A stretch of DNA of 64,000 bases from Candidatus Micrarchaeia archaeon (GTDB lineage Archaea > Micrarchaeota > Micrarchaeia > CAILAH01), in NCBI GenBank assembly GCA_038874595.1, contig JAVZCB010000006.1, positions 1-64,000 of the forward strand. Reading direction: 5' to 3'. Below are positions 9,103-18,164 of the stretch, in pieces. How positions within the stretch are numbered: the stretch's first letter is position 1; every line of letters begins with the position of its first letter. Position numbers and translations under genes: made by a program. A model generated the notes under the pieces. It was given only the letters and a program-made list of their open reading frames with translations. It ran no database searches and was not told the DNA's origin.

Positions 9103-10344
9103 TCATGCGCTTTCTTTTTTTAGCATTCTAATAGCGTCATCCATCTTGTAGTTTCTCTGCTCACCGCTCCGTAAGTCTTTTATCGTGATCTCGCCAGCAT
9201 TGGCTTCCTTATCCCCTACAATCCCAGCAAAAGGCACACCGAGCGATGATGCATAATCAAGCTGCTTCTTCATGTTTCGGCACATTAAATCAACCCGTGT
9301 GGGGATACCGTTCTTCCTAAACTGCTGCGCGTATTCAATGCACTTTTTGATATTCTCATCTCTTACATTAACGAGCACTATCCGCGTATATGTCCTTTTT
9401 GCGTTTGTGCCTTTGAGCAGCGCGGCCATCCTGTCAACACCAAACGAAATCCCAACCGCAGGCACCTCCTGACCTGCATATATCCCTATAAGCCCGTCAT
9501 ACCTGCCACCTGCAGCTATCGTGCCTAGCTGCTTATCCCGGCTTTTTATCTCATATATAGGGCCTGTGTAATATCCTAGCCCGCGCGCAATGCTCGGGTC
9601 AAACACCCAGTTCTTAACACCGTATGCTTCAAGAAGTGCGAACAGCTCCTTAAGCTCGCTTACAGCTTCCTGGCAGCTGCTTATTTTTTCGTAATATTCT
9701 ATGTCTTTGGTGAACGCATCAACAATCTCTTTTCCGTTTTTTATCCCGTTCAGCTCAAGCTCTTTGATAACCTCAGCTTTATCCTTCTTATCAAGCTTGT
9801 CAATGCATCTTATTGCAGCATCTATTTTGCCAGCTTCAACACCAACGTGCCTCAGCACGTTTTCCATCAGTTTCCGGTTGTTTATGTGCACCTCATACCC
9901 AGTTACTCCGAGCTCATCAAGGACATCACACGCGCATGCAATCAGCTCCGCCTCACACCTGACACTCTTGCTCCCCAATATGTCTGCATCAGCCTGTGTA
10001 AACTCCCTATACCTCCCATACTGCGGCTCCTCACGCCTCCACGATTGGCCTATGGTGTATCTCTTGAACGGCATTGGAAGCGATAAGTTCTCAGAATACA
10101 TCCGTGCAAGCGATACTGTAAGGTCAAACCTTAACCCTAACTCCTCATCGTTGAACCTGAAAATCTCACTCTTGATGCCTTCCCCGCTCTTTGCCTCCAA
10201 TACGTCAAGCCTCTCGATTGCGGGATGTGCAACAGGGTCAAACCCATACTCTTGGTATTTTCGCTCAATTACAGAAATAATGTGCTTGCGTGTTATCTCA
10301 TCCTCAGGCAGTATGTCACGCATACCTCTCGCACGTCGAATCAT
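9103..10344 (-). CDS. hisS: Histidyl-tRNA synthetase
   Basis: RGMRD, LRFDLT, GRYREFTQ, RGLGYYTG and GGRYD motifs. Confidence 0.96.
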   Translation of the reverse strand: MIRRARGMRDILPEDEITRKHIISVIERKYQEYGFDPVAHPAIERLDVLEAKSGEGIKSEIFRFNDEELGLRFDLTVSLARMYSENLSLPMPFKRYTIGQSWRREEPQYGRYREFTQADADILGSKSVRCEAELIACACDVLDELGVTGYEVHINNRKLMENVLRHVGVEAGKIDAAIRCIDKLDKKDKAEVIKELELNGIKNGKEIVDAFTKDIEYYEKISSCQEAVSELKELFALLEAYGVKNWVFDPSIARGLGYYTGPIYEIKSRDKQLGTIAAGGRYDGLIGIYAGQEVPAVGISFGVDRMAALLKGTNAKRTYTRIVLVNVRDENIKKCIEYAQQFRKNGIPTRVDLMCRNMKKQLDYASSLGVPFAGIVGDKEANAGEITIKDLRSGEQRNYKMDDAIRMLKKESA

Positions 10345-10405
10345 GCACCTATTACAATAACAACATATTTAAATTATTTGCCAGCAAATCCCTATTGTGA
10401 TATTA

Positions 10406-11263
10406 ATGTCTTCAACGGAAAGCCAGCAGCCATCAATGAAGAAAGAGAGGGTTAACGCATTTGTTGATAAGATTGGCTCATTTTTCCCTGACCTCAGGAA
10501 GAAGCTCAGGATTGCAAAGATGAGCAAGGGGCAGGAGGCATATATCCGTGATGCAATTGTCTATACTGCGCTTGTATCTGTTACGCTATTCCTGATTTAC
10601 CTTCTCATATTCATCACTGCATACATTAGCCTTCTCTGGCTGATAATCCTGTTCCCGCTCACTGCACTTGCAGTGTTCCTGTTCTTTATGAAACGCGTTG
10701 ATGTAGTGATATCATCGCGCGAGCGCAGCATTGATAAGGACCTGCTGTTCGCCGGCAGGCAGCTGCTCATTGAGGTTCGTGGCGGTATCCCACTGTACGA
10801 TGCGATAACGCATCTCACAAAGGATTACGGCGAGGTCAGCAAGGTGTTCAAGGAGATAATTGATAAGACCAACCTGGGTGTCCCGCTTGATGTTGCAATG
10901 GAAGATGTTGCTGAGGAGACGCCATCAAAGCCGTTCAAGCGCCTTATCCTGCAGATAGTCAACTCAATCCGCTCCGGTTCCGATATTGCAGTATCGCTTG
11001 AGACGATTTTGGACCAGATGTCGCAGGAGCAGATAATAGAGATTAAGGCGTATGGGCAGAAGCTTAACCCGCTTGGCATGTTTTACTTGCTGTTTGGCAT
11101 TATAGTGCCATCTCTTGGCATAACGCTCGCAGTAACATTGCTCACGTTTACGGGCGTATCTTTTGGAAATGTTATGCTATGGGGTGCGCTTATAGTGATA
11201 ATGCTTATCCAGTACATATTCCTAACAATGATTGAAAGCTCAAGACCGAGGTTTGAAGTATGA
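10406..11263 (+). CDS. Type II/IV secretion membrane platform protein (TadC/FlaJ-like)
   Basis: T2SSF-like organisation: two TM helices, cytoplasmic GxPL...YGEVS...SG domain, C-terminal TM helices. Confidence 0.85.
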   Translation: MSSTESQQPSMKKERVNAFVDKIGSFFPDLRKKLRIAKMSKGQEAYIRDAIVYTALVSVTLFLIYLLIFITAYISLLWLIILFPLTALAVFLFFMKRVDVVISSRERSIDKDLLFAGRQLLIEVRGGIPLYDAITHLTKDYGEVSKVFKEIIDKTNLGVPLDVAMEDVAEETPSKPFKRLILQIVNSIRSGSDIAVSLETILDQMSQEQIIEIKAYGQKLNPLGMFYLLFGIIVPSLGITLAVTLLTFTGVSFGNVMLWGALIVIMLIQYIFLTMIESSRPRFEV

Positions 11264-12303
11264 GCAGGTTAACACAAATAGGGCGTTCATTCCCGAGAAA
11301 TATTGTACACACCGTTACCAAGTACATTGATATGGCCGGTATCAAGGAAGAGGCCGAATGGGTGCTTGGTGGCGCGGTGGTGTTTGCAGTCGGTTTTGGC
11401 CTTCTGGTATTCATAATTGCGCTGTTCGGCACGAGCTGGATATCTGCATTCTCGGCACCGCTAAGCGGCCTTGGGGATTTCGCATCGCAGTTTATAGGCG
11501 GGCTGCTGATGTTCGTCTCAATCGAGCTCGCATCGGTGGTTGCAGTAGCAATCGTAATTTATGCATACCTGCTCGTGCAGATGGATGCGAGGCGGCGCGA
11601 GATTGAAAGCGTGCTCCCCGATTTCTTACAGTTATCAGCAGCTAACGTGCGTGCCGGTCTGCCGGTCGAGCAGGCGCTATGGCGCGCAGCCACACCAGAG
11701 TTTGGTGTGCTTTCAAAAGAAGTCCAAATTGCAATGAAAAGGACTTTTAGCGGTGAATCGCTCTCAGATTCCTTAACATACCTGGCAAACAGGTTCAATT
11801 CAAAGTACCTTATGAGGACGGTAAGCGTGCTCAAGTTTGGCATTGCGTCCGGTGGGGAGATTGGCGAGATAATGGAACGCACCGCAGCAGACCTGCGCAA
11901 GATGCAAATTCTCTACAAGGAAGCAAGCTCATCAATGATAATGTATGTCATATTCATATCATTTGCGGCACTTATAGGTGCACCATTCCTGTTTGCAATA
12001 TCATACAAGCTTATTGCAACACTGAGCGCTGTGTGGGCGCACCTGCCCCCAACCCAGGATTACTCATCGTTCGGTCTTGTATCATTCTCACCGCCGCAGA
12101 TAACACCCGATGATTTCAAGCTGTTTGCCATACTATCCATTATGGTAACTTCGGTGTTCGCATCGTTTATACTTGCAGTGATACAGAGCGGCTCGCCGCG
12201 TGATGGCCTAAAGCTCCTCCCATTCTTCCTGATTGCAGGTATTGGGCTGCTGCTTATATTCATGGGTGTTATTAACAGCCTGCTTTCCAGCTTATTTATT
12301 TAA
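11260..12303 (+). CDS. Type II/IV secretion membrane platform protein (TadC/FlaJ-like)
   Basis: LPDFLQL..ANVRAG...AL....EFGxLSKE; ATGA overlap with the previous gene. Confidence 0.85.
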   Translation: MSRLTQIGRSFPRNIVHTVTKYIDMAGIKEEAEWVLGGAVVFAVGFGLLVFIIALFGTSWISAFSAPLSGLGDFASQFIGGLLMFVSIELASVVAVAIVIYAYLLVQMDARRREIESVLPDFLQLSAANVRAGLPVEQALWRAATPEFGVLSKEVQIAMKRTFSGESLSDSLTYLANRFNSKYLMRTVSVLKFGIASGGEIGEIMERTAADLRKMQILYKEASSSMIMYVIFISFAALIGAPFLFAISYKLIATLSAVWAHLPPTQDYSSFGLVSFSPPQITPDDFKLFAILSIMVTSVFASFILAVIQSGSPRDGLKLLPFFLIAGIGLLLIFMGVINSLLSSLFI

Positions 12304-12340
12304 ATTTTCTTATTCTGAATTCCCCAAAGGCCAGCCGCGT

Positions 12341-12451
12341 GCCTCCGTAGCTCAGTGGTAGAGCGCTCGCCTTGTAAGCGAGAGGTCGTGGGTTCAAATG
12401 CGCTGCTGAACGTGGTAAAATTCAGCAACGCTGGATTTCCCACCGGGGGCT
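12341..12451 (+). tRNA. tRNA-Thr(TGT) with a 39-nt T-loop intron at 59/60 (intron 12399-12437)
   Basis: GCCTCCG/CGGGGGC acceptor stem, CT-TGT-AA loop; T-loop interrupted by a hairpin with a BHB (TTCA/TGGA, bulges AAT and TTT, GCG/CGC). Confidence 0.93.
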
Positions 12452-12464
12452 CTCTCTTTTCCTT

Positions 12465-12755
12465 TTAATAATACCTTATATCAAAATTCGTGTAGTTTCC
12501 TATCTGTATTGCCCTTTTCTCAACCACACTTATCTCACTTACATAAATGCCATCATCTTCCTTAATGTTGATCGCCTCGCAAAGCTCGCGCAATTCTTTC
12601 TCTGAATTGCATTCACATACAATCTCAACCTTATCCCTCTCAGGAAGGTTTCGTACATATCCGTGCACACCTATCCTTTTTGCAATGTCCCTTACAGCAG
12701 CCCTGTAAAATACGCCCTGTACCCTGCCACGTGCAATGATACGCGCATAAATCAT
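12465..12755 (-). CDS. acyP: Acylphosphatase
   Basis: GRVQGVFYR and GYVRN motifs. Confidence 0.93.
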   Translation of the reverse strand: MIYARIIARGRVQGVFYRAAVRDIAKRIGVHGYVRNLPERDKVEIVCECNSEKELRELCEAINIKEDDGIYVSEISVVEKRAIQIGNYTNFDIRYY

Positions 12756-12770
12756 GCAGACACCTGCCGC

Positions 12771-13904
12771 CTACTCAAAATGTTTCTCCCACATCGCCGC
12801 AGCGAGCTTGCCGGTGCGCATAAATTTCTCAGCATCCACCTTCTCACGGCTTTTCCTGTGTGCATCCAGGAACGTGTTTATCTTATCAATAAGTATCGCT
12901 TTGAGCTCACCGCTGAGCAGCGCACCGCTCTCATAATCCGCCTTTATTTTTGCAAGCTTTGAGTCGTCAGGCTCAAAAAATATGCTGAGCCACTGGTAGG
13001 ATACATCAATACTGGTATCGCCGCCAAGCCTGCGGTGCTCCTCAACAGTTTCCCTGCCACCCGAGAATGCATACTTATTGATTTTTCTTTTCACGGTATT
13101 CTCGTCATCAGTGAGCCACAGAGCACTCTCTGGAATGCTCGAGCTCATCTTCCCTTCCGCCCCTGTAAGCGGGGGCAGGAATTTTGAATGTATCGCAGCC
13201 GTTTTTAGATAACCCAACGATTCGGCAATGTCACGCTGGATGCGCCAGTAGGGGTCCTGGTCAATCGCGTTTGGGATGAGACATCTCTTCTTCTCAAAGA
13301 ACGTTGGCACGATCTGGTATGCAGGGTAGAATATTGAGCCGATATTTGTCTCATTTGTAAACCCAAAAACCGCCTTTGCAGTAGAGAATGTTATCCGCTT
13401 TGAAACCTTAAGGATTGCGGGGTATACATTCCTTACGTACTCGCTGTCCTTGAATATGAACGTCCTGTCCGGGTCAAACCCGACCGCTGCAATATCCAGG
13501 ATGTTATCATCAGAGTGTTTCTGCACATCTTTCCAGGAGAGGTCGCGCTTGAACACGAACTTCTCATCATCGGTTATCTCAATGTACACGTTTACTTTGA
13601 ACCGTTCCTGCAACCATTTCGTAAATATGAGCGGTATCAGGTGACCTATGTGCATCGGCCCGCTTGGCCCGCGCCCAGTATACAGGAAAAATCCCTTTCC
13701 ATTTTCGTAATCATCCAAAACAAGATTAAGGTCTCGATGTGAGAAAAAGAATTCCCTTCTTAGCATTACATTGTCATCTTTTGCCAGGCTGTTTAACCGT
13801 GCTTTCAGCTCGCCTGTTATTTTTTGTGTGCCAAACTCTTTCACAATCTTATCGTAATCCAGGTTCCCTACAACTTCCCACGGTGTAACCTTCTGTTCTG
13901 CCAT
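12771..13904 (-). CDS. trpS: Tryptophanyl-tRNA synthetase
   Basis: VTPWEV, YTGRGPS, HIGH, AIDQDPY and KMSSS motifs. Confidence 0.96.
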   Translation of the reverse strand: MAEQKVTPWEVVGNLDYDKIVKEFGTQKITGELKARLNSLAKDDNVMLRREFFFSHRDLNLVLDDYENGKGFFLYTGRGPSGPMHIGHLIPLIFTKWLQERFKVNVYIEITDDEKFVFKRDLSWKDVQKHSDDNILDIAAVGFDPDRTFIFKDSEYVRNVYPAILKVSKRITFSTAKAVFGFTNETNIGSIFYPAYQIVPTFFEKKRCLIPNAIDQDPYWRIQRDIAESLGYLKTAAIHSKFLPPLTGAEGKMSSSIPESALWLTDDENTVKRKINKYAFSGGRETVEEHRRLGGDTSIDVSYQWLSIFFEPDDSKLAKIKADYESGALLSGELKAILIDKINTFLDAHRKSREKVDAEKFMRTGKLAAAMWEKHFE

Positions 13905-13910
13905 TTGAAA

Positions 13911-14618
13911 TCACTCGCTTATCTCAAGCACCGAGTGCGGGTCAATCTCTATACCCTTTGGCCCGATGTGCATCTGGTGGACGAGTTGTGAATGTGCAGA
14001 GCCGCGCAGCTCGGCAACCTCAATCCCGCGCATCCTCCTCCCGCCTATGAGCTTGTTGTAAAGCCTGACCGATGCATCAGCTATCGCCTCAATACTGCTC
14101 GTGATATCAGTGGTCTGGTCGCGTGTCCCGCTAAGCATTAATGAAGTGCACCCCCATTTCCTGAGCTTATCCGTGAATTTCATAAGCCCGGCCTTGCGTG
14201 ACACGTTATCCTCAAAGTGCATTCCCATAATGCCAACCGGGTCGACAACAATCCTGCTCACACCAAACTTATCAATAAGATTGAGGAGCGTATCCTCCTG
14301 CTCAAAGAAGATGCCAACCTCGTGCGGCGGGTATTCAAGGAACACAATCTTCTGCGAATCCTCAAGTGCTTTTATATTCCACCCAAACTTGAGCATATTC
14401 CTATACATTATCTTCTTCGGCTCCTCAAAACATATGTACATCCCATTCTCATCGTACTCGGATGCGCCGTTGTACAGGAACTGCATCCCAAATATCGTCT
14501 TGCCCGTGCCGATGTCACCACTAACCGACACGATCGTATTGCGGATAATCCCCCCATCTGTAATCTCATCAAATCCGGGTATCCCGGACGCTACCCTATC
14601 AGCAGTTCTACCTCTCAT
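13911..14618 (-). CDS. KaiC/RAD55-family RecA-superfamily ATPase (single domain)
   Basis: SGIPGFD, Walker A GDIGTGKT, FEE and LRGSAH motifs. Confidence 0.88.
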   Translation of the reverse strand: MRGRTADRVASGIPGFDEITDGGIIRNTIVSVSGDIGTGKTIFGMQFLYNGASEYDENGMYICFEEPKKIMYRNMLKFGWNIKALEDSQKIVFLEYPPHEVGIFFEQEDTLLNLIDKFGVSRIVVDPVGIMGMHFEDNVSRKAGLMKFTDKLRKWGCTSLMLSGTRDQTTDITSSIEAIADASVRLYNKLIGGRRMRGIEVAELRGSAHSQLVHQMHIGPKGIEIDPHSVLEISE

Positions 14619-15118
14619 TTGTTAACACCCTTTTTCCTGAGCTCCTTGCCCAGCTGTTCCCTGAGCTTGATATTGTGTAGGAACGCCTGGAGCGCCTCAC
14701 CCTTGAGCGTGTTCCGTATTATGAATTGCGATAATGCATACGATGTCTGCGATGCATCATTCATTATGTCCTGTATCTCTGCAAACGTGATTATCCTTTT
14801 TTCCGGCTCAAGGACTTCACAGTGGACTGGACCGTACGCCATTGCAATCCTGACAGCGTTCCTGGCATCTTTCGTGAGCACTTTGATTGAGCCAGAGGTT
14901 GAGTAAATAACCTTCCCGTCAAACTCTTCCCTGATAGGCGGCTCAATCTCGCCTATGGCGTACACTACTCCATCCTCCTTTGTTATTTTTGCAAACAAGT
15001 CAGTAAGCCTGTTCTTAACACCTTCCTCATCATTTGCGTGTGAGTCAAAGTACATATTAAAAAGCAGGCCACCTTTGTTTATTATTTCTTCAGTAACTCT
15101 CTTGACATCTTTATGCAT
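14615..15118 (-). CDS. Hypothetical protein coupled to the KaiC-like gene
   Basis: 167-aa ORF with ATGA overlap; YGP..EVLEP motif. Confidence 0.75.
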   Translation of the reverse strand: MHKDVKRVTEEIINKGGLLFNMYFDSHANDEEGVKNRLTDLFAKITKEDGVVYAIGEIEPPIREEFDGKVIYSTSGSIKVLTKDARNAVRIAMAYGPVHCEVLEPEKRIITFAEIQDIMNDASQTSYALSQFIIRNTLKGEALQAFLHNIKLREQLGKELRKKGVNK

Positions 15119-15274
15119 AACATTCCATTAGTTACTTAATGAATAAAAAGGTATTCTGCACAAGTGCGCATATTTAAATTAAGATGCTATACCCGTACAT
15201 ATCTTTTGTCTTTAGCCCTGTATACTCCTCATATCCCTTGAGCGCTAAGCAAGCAATTTATTACACTATGGAGG

Positions 15275-15443
15275 TTATTCTTTTGCATCATTTTTTCTTA
15301 GCAGTTCTGCGAGCACAATATTACGTTTATCCAAAGCATACATAAGCACTTTAATCTTTTTCTTCTGATACTTTTAATTTGTTGAGATGTTTGAATTCAT
15401 ATTCTCTTTTTTCACATTTTTGCTATTACTATTTTTCTGTCAT
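15275..15443 (-). pseudogene. Probable degraded, internally deleted ankyrin-repeat gene
   Basis: Broken frames read EFKHLNKLKVSEEKD and VLMYALDKRNIVLAELLRKNDAKE*, resembling the N- and C-termini of the intact ankyrin protein at 24680. Confidence 0.5.
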
Positions 15444-15557
15444 CTTTGTGAAATGGTTTAAGTGCGAGCAATACGCTTAATGATCCTATGCTAAGAAGGT
15501 TTCCAGAGCTTTTTCAATAGAAATATTTAAATATAATAGTTTCTCCAAGAGCGCTGT

Positions 15558-17240
15558 ATGTCAAAAACCCTAAAAATAATAGGTGCTACTTCATTAGCGG
15601 TTGTAGCATTTGCAACATCCGCGGTTACTTATAATTCTCACTCGCACGTTTCACCTGCGATAGAGCAGCGCGCACCCGCAGCCAAGCTCTCAGATGAATT
15701 GCAGAAAGCGCGCAAAAAGGTAAGCATACCAGAAGACCAATGCAAATCTATAACGAAAAACGCAGTGGAAAAGTTCAATAACCTTAAAATACCACCAGAT
15801 GTGGTATACAGCAGCAGGGTTTGGTTTTACTCTTATTCGAACGACCAGAGGTGCGGATTTTTCTATCCCAAAGGACAGGGTTATACAGTGGTATCTTCTC
15901 GTGATGGGTGCGAGCGTGAATTGCTTCATGCAGATGCGCACAAGCTTTACAACAGCATATCGCGTTTCATAGAAAATGACCCCATAGCCAGAAAAAAGTT
16001 CTCAGAGATGCTCTTCAATATCATTGGGAAGAACCCTGATGTTGCAGGCAAGATTTATTTTGCCAATTTCAGCTACAACGGTAATGTCCCTTCAATAGGC
16101 CCGGCGTGGGGCGGGTGGCTCACAGGGCGCGCCAGAAAGGCAGAGGAAATTTATAAGGGGCTTGAATACCTTTTTGCCGCAGGTGCAAAAAGCGCCAGAG
16201 CGCCCGCAAGCACTGCCACTGGCGCACCGAATGATGCAGGTGCAGGCAATACCGTGGCAGACCGCGCTTTGTATAATGCGCAGCAATCAATTATCGGGAC
16301 AGGTTTTGTTGGCACTGGCACAGGCACGGACATCTCAGATTTGCAGCGTGATTACTTTGGTAAGTTTTTGAGGGCGCTTGAGGCTTCCGCACAGGCGGTG
16401 AGCGACCAGCGCACCTACAAAGAGCTCATGCGTGAGATTGGCAAACTTAAGGAAATATACGAATGGGCAAAAACAAACTATTCTGTGAAAAAGAATGAAA
16501 AACCCGCCGCTTTGGCTAAGAAGCCGCCTGTGGCCGTTGAAAAACAGTTCAAGGAAATGCGCAATAGTATGCAGAATGCACTGGACCTTCTCCGCAAGAG
16601 CTCCCCGGCAGCGGCAGCCTATCTTGGAGAGTGGCTTGCATCACAGGTAATGCCAGTGCTTATGGAAGAGATGTTTGCACGGCTCAATGAAGACCTGGCC
16701 CTGAAACGTAACAGTGCAATTATGGGTGGCAGTATACGAGGTCAACCTATGAAACGCAAAGATGCAAATGTAGGTGGAAATGCAAAAGGCGATGTTTCCA
16801 AGCGCAAAGATGCAATGGTTAATGAAAAAGCAATAGTGGATAAAGAATCACTTTCCACACTGCTTGAAATTGCCTCAATCATCCTTAATAAAGTTGAAGC
16901 AGGTGAGTACAAGGACAAGGAAGGTGCGCTTAAGGTAGCAACTCATATACGCCGCCTTGTAAATCATTATCTTAATGACAAGGCACAACCAGAAGACACA
17001 AAACAAGCTGCAGGCATAGGTTGGCAGGATGTATTAAAAGAGCCCAGATGTTTCAAGAACGCTGAGAGTGCAATAATCGCCGCTGAGCTTGATGAGGTGG
17101 AGCGCTTGCACAGGAGGAATATGGACATCCTGGCCCAACTGCCGGAAGAGAGAGTATTTTACCTAAGTTACCTGTTTTCGCTCTTTATGCTTGCCGGTGC
17201 AGGATATCTGGCATATACAGGCACTCGTAAGGAGGATTAG
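15558..17240 (+). CDS. Hypothetical exported protein with N-terminal signal/anchor and C-terminal TM helix
   Basis: 560-aa ORF, TATA-like TTTAAATA upstream, hydrophobic termini. Confidence 0.75.
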   Translation: MSKTLKIIGATSLAVVAFATSAVTYNSHSHVSPAIEQRAPAAKLSDELQKARKKVSIPEDQCKSITKNAVEKFNNLKIPPDVVYSSRVWFYSYSNDQRCGFFYPKGQGYTVVSSRDGCERELLHADAHKLYNSISRFIENDPIARKKFSEMLFNIIGKNPDVAGKIYFANFSYNGNVPSIGPAWGGWLTGRARKAEEIYKGLEYLFAAGAKSARAPASTATGAPNDAGAGNTVADRALYNAQQSIIGTGFVGTGTGTDISDLQRDYFGKFLRALEASAQAVSDQRTYKELMREIGKLKEIYEWAKTNYSVKKNEKPAALAKKPPVAVEKQFKEMRNSMQNALDLLRKSSPAAAAYLGEWLASQVMPVLMEEMFARLNEDLALKRNSAIMGGSIRGQPMKRKDANVGGNAKGDVSKRKDAMVNEKAIVDKESLSTLLEIASIILNKVEAGEYKDKEGALKVATHIRRLVNHYLNDKAQPEDTKQAAGIGWQDVLKEPRCFKNAESAIIAAELDEVERLHRRNMDILAQLPEERVFYLSYLFSLFMLAGAGYLAYTGTRKED

Positions 17241-17269
17241 GATTCTATCTTGCCAGCGGTAGCGTTAAC

Positions 17270-17277
17270 TTTATATA
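17270..17277 (+). promoter_or_regulatory. TATA box for the structured RNA / DUF167 operon
   Basis: TTTATATA about 25 nt before the GC-rich structured segment. Confidence 0.55.
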
Positions 17278-17297
17278 TAGTTTTATGCCTTAAATAA

Positions 17298-17556
17298 GCT
17301 GCTGCGCATGGATGGCCACAGGAGTATCGTAGCGCAATGATATGCCAGCCTGGCTCGCCAGGCGGGTGCGCCTCCCGTGAATGCGGCTGTGCGCATGGTC
17401 GACAGTGCGCAGCATAGCCTTTCTTCAAATACGAAGATGGCCGTATCAGGGCAACGCTTTGTACGGCGGGCTATAGCAGTATCCACTTGCAGGTGCTGGT
17501 GGGGACTGCATTAATGCTACGGAATAGGTGTTAACGGCCTATCATAAGCGGGGGCC
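17298..17556 (+). ncRNA. Unidentified highly structured RNA (or long structured 5' leader)
   Basis: GC-rich intergenic segment with at least seven nested helices and pairing 5' and 3' ends; no tRNA, 5S, SRP or RNase P signature seen. Confidence 0.65.
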
Positions 17557-17559
17557 AAA

Positions 17560-17811
17560 ATGAAAGTTGATGTCAAAGTGCATCCGCGCTCAAAAAGCGT
17601 TATGATAAAGGGCGGTGACGTGTGGGATGTTTATCTCACCGAGCCGGCCGAACACAACCGTGCGAACAGGCAGCTCCTGGATGTGCTTAAGCGCGCATTC
17701 GGCTGCGAAGTATCGCTCGTAAGCGGGCACACGAGCCGAAAAAAGACGGTGCTTCTGGGCCTTGGCGAGGAGGAATATAATGCGCTCAAGGAAAAGTACC
17801 GGCCTGGATAA
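17560..17811 (+). CDS. DUF167 / UPF0235 (YggU-like) protein
   Basis: VKVHPRS...PA..NRAN..L...SGHTSRKK. Confidence 0.88.
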   Translation: MKVDVKVHPRSKSVMIKGGDVWDVYLTEPAEHNRANRQLLDVLKRAFGCEVSLVSGHTSRKKTVLLGLGEEEYNALKEKYRPG

Positions 17812-18142
17812 TGCAATATCACGGCTGGTAACTGACCTGAACGACCGTCTGGTCATAGTTGAGGGCAAGCGCGATGTCGCAGCCCTTGGGAAGGTTGGTG
17901 TCCGTGCACACGTGCTAACGCTTGACAAGCTTCAGCATATGGAACGCATCACAGCAGATGAGGCAGTAATCCTGACCGATTTTGACCGTGCAGGTGAGGC
18001 AAAGCTCATGAAAGCTGAGTCGATCCTTATCGGGAAAGGTATCAGGATAGATACAGGCCTTAGGGAGCGTTTCAGGCGGATTTTTGGCATCACCACAATA
18101 GAGGATTTGCCCCGCGCTTTTGAGAAGCTGGCACACCAGTAA
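17780..18142 (+). CDS. Stand-alone TOPRIM domain protein (UPF0292 / RNase M5-like)
   Basis: IVEGKRD and LTDFDRAG motifs; GAGGAGG precedes ATG 17780. Confidence 0.88.
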   Translation: MRSRKSTGLDNAISRLVTDLNDRLVIVEGKRDVAALGKVGVRAHVLTLDKLQHMERITADEAVILTDFDRAGEAKLMKAESILIGKGIRIDTGLRERFRRIFGITTIEDLPRAFEKLAHQ

Positions 18143-18164
18143 GAAATAGGAAATGGTGATGTAA

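Noticed and set aside
17237-17486. Short minus-strand ORFs (63 and 67 aa) over the structured RNA
   Set aside because: No protein-like motif; GC-rich palindromic sequence explains the lack of stops
17298-17556. RNase P RNA, SRP RNA or 5S rRNA
   Set aside because: No GAGGAAAGUCC or ACAGAA core, no SRP helix-8 motif and no 5S CCGAAC loop on either strand
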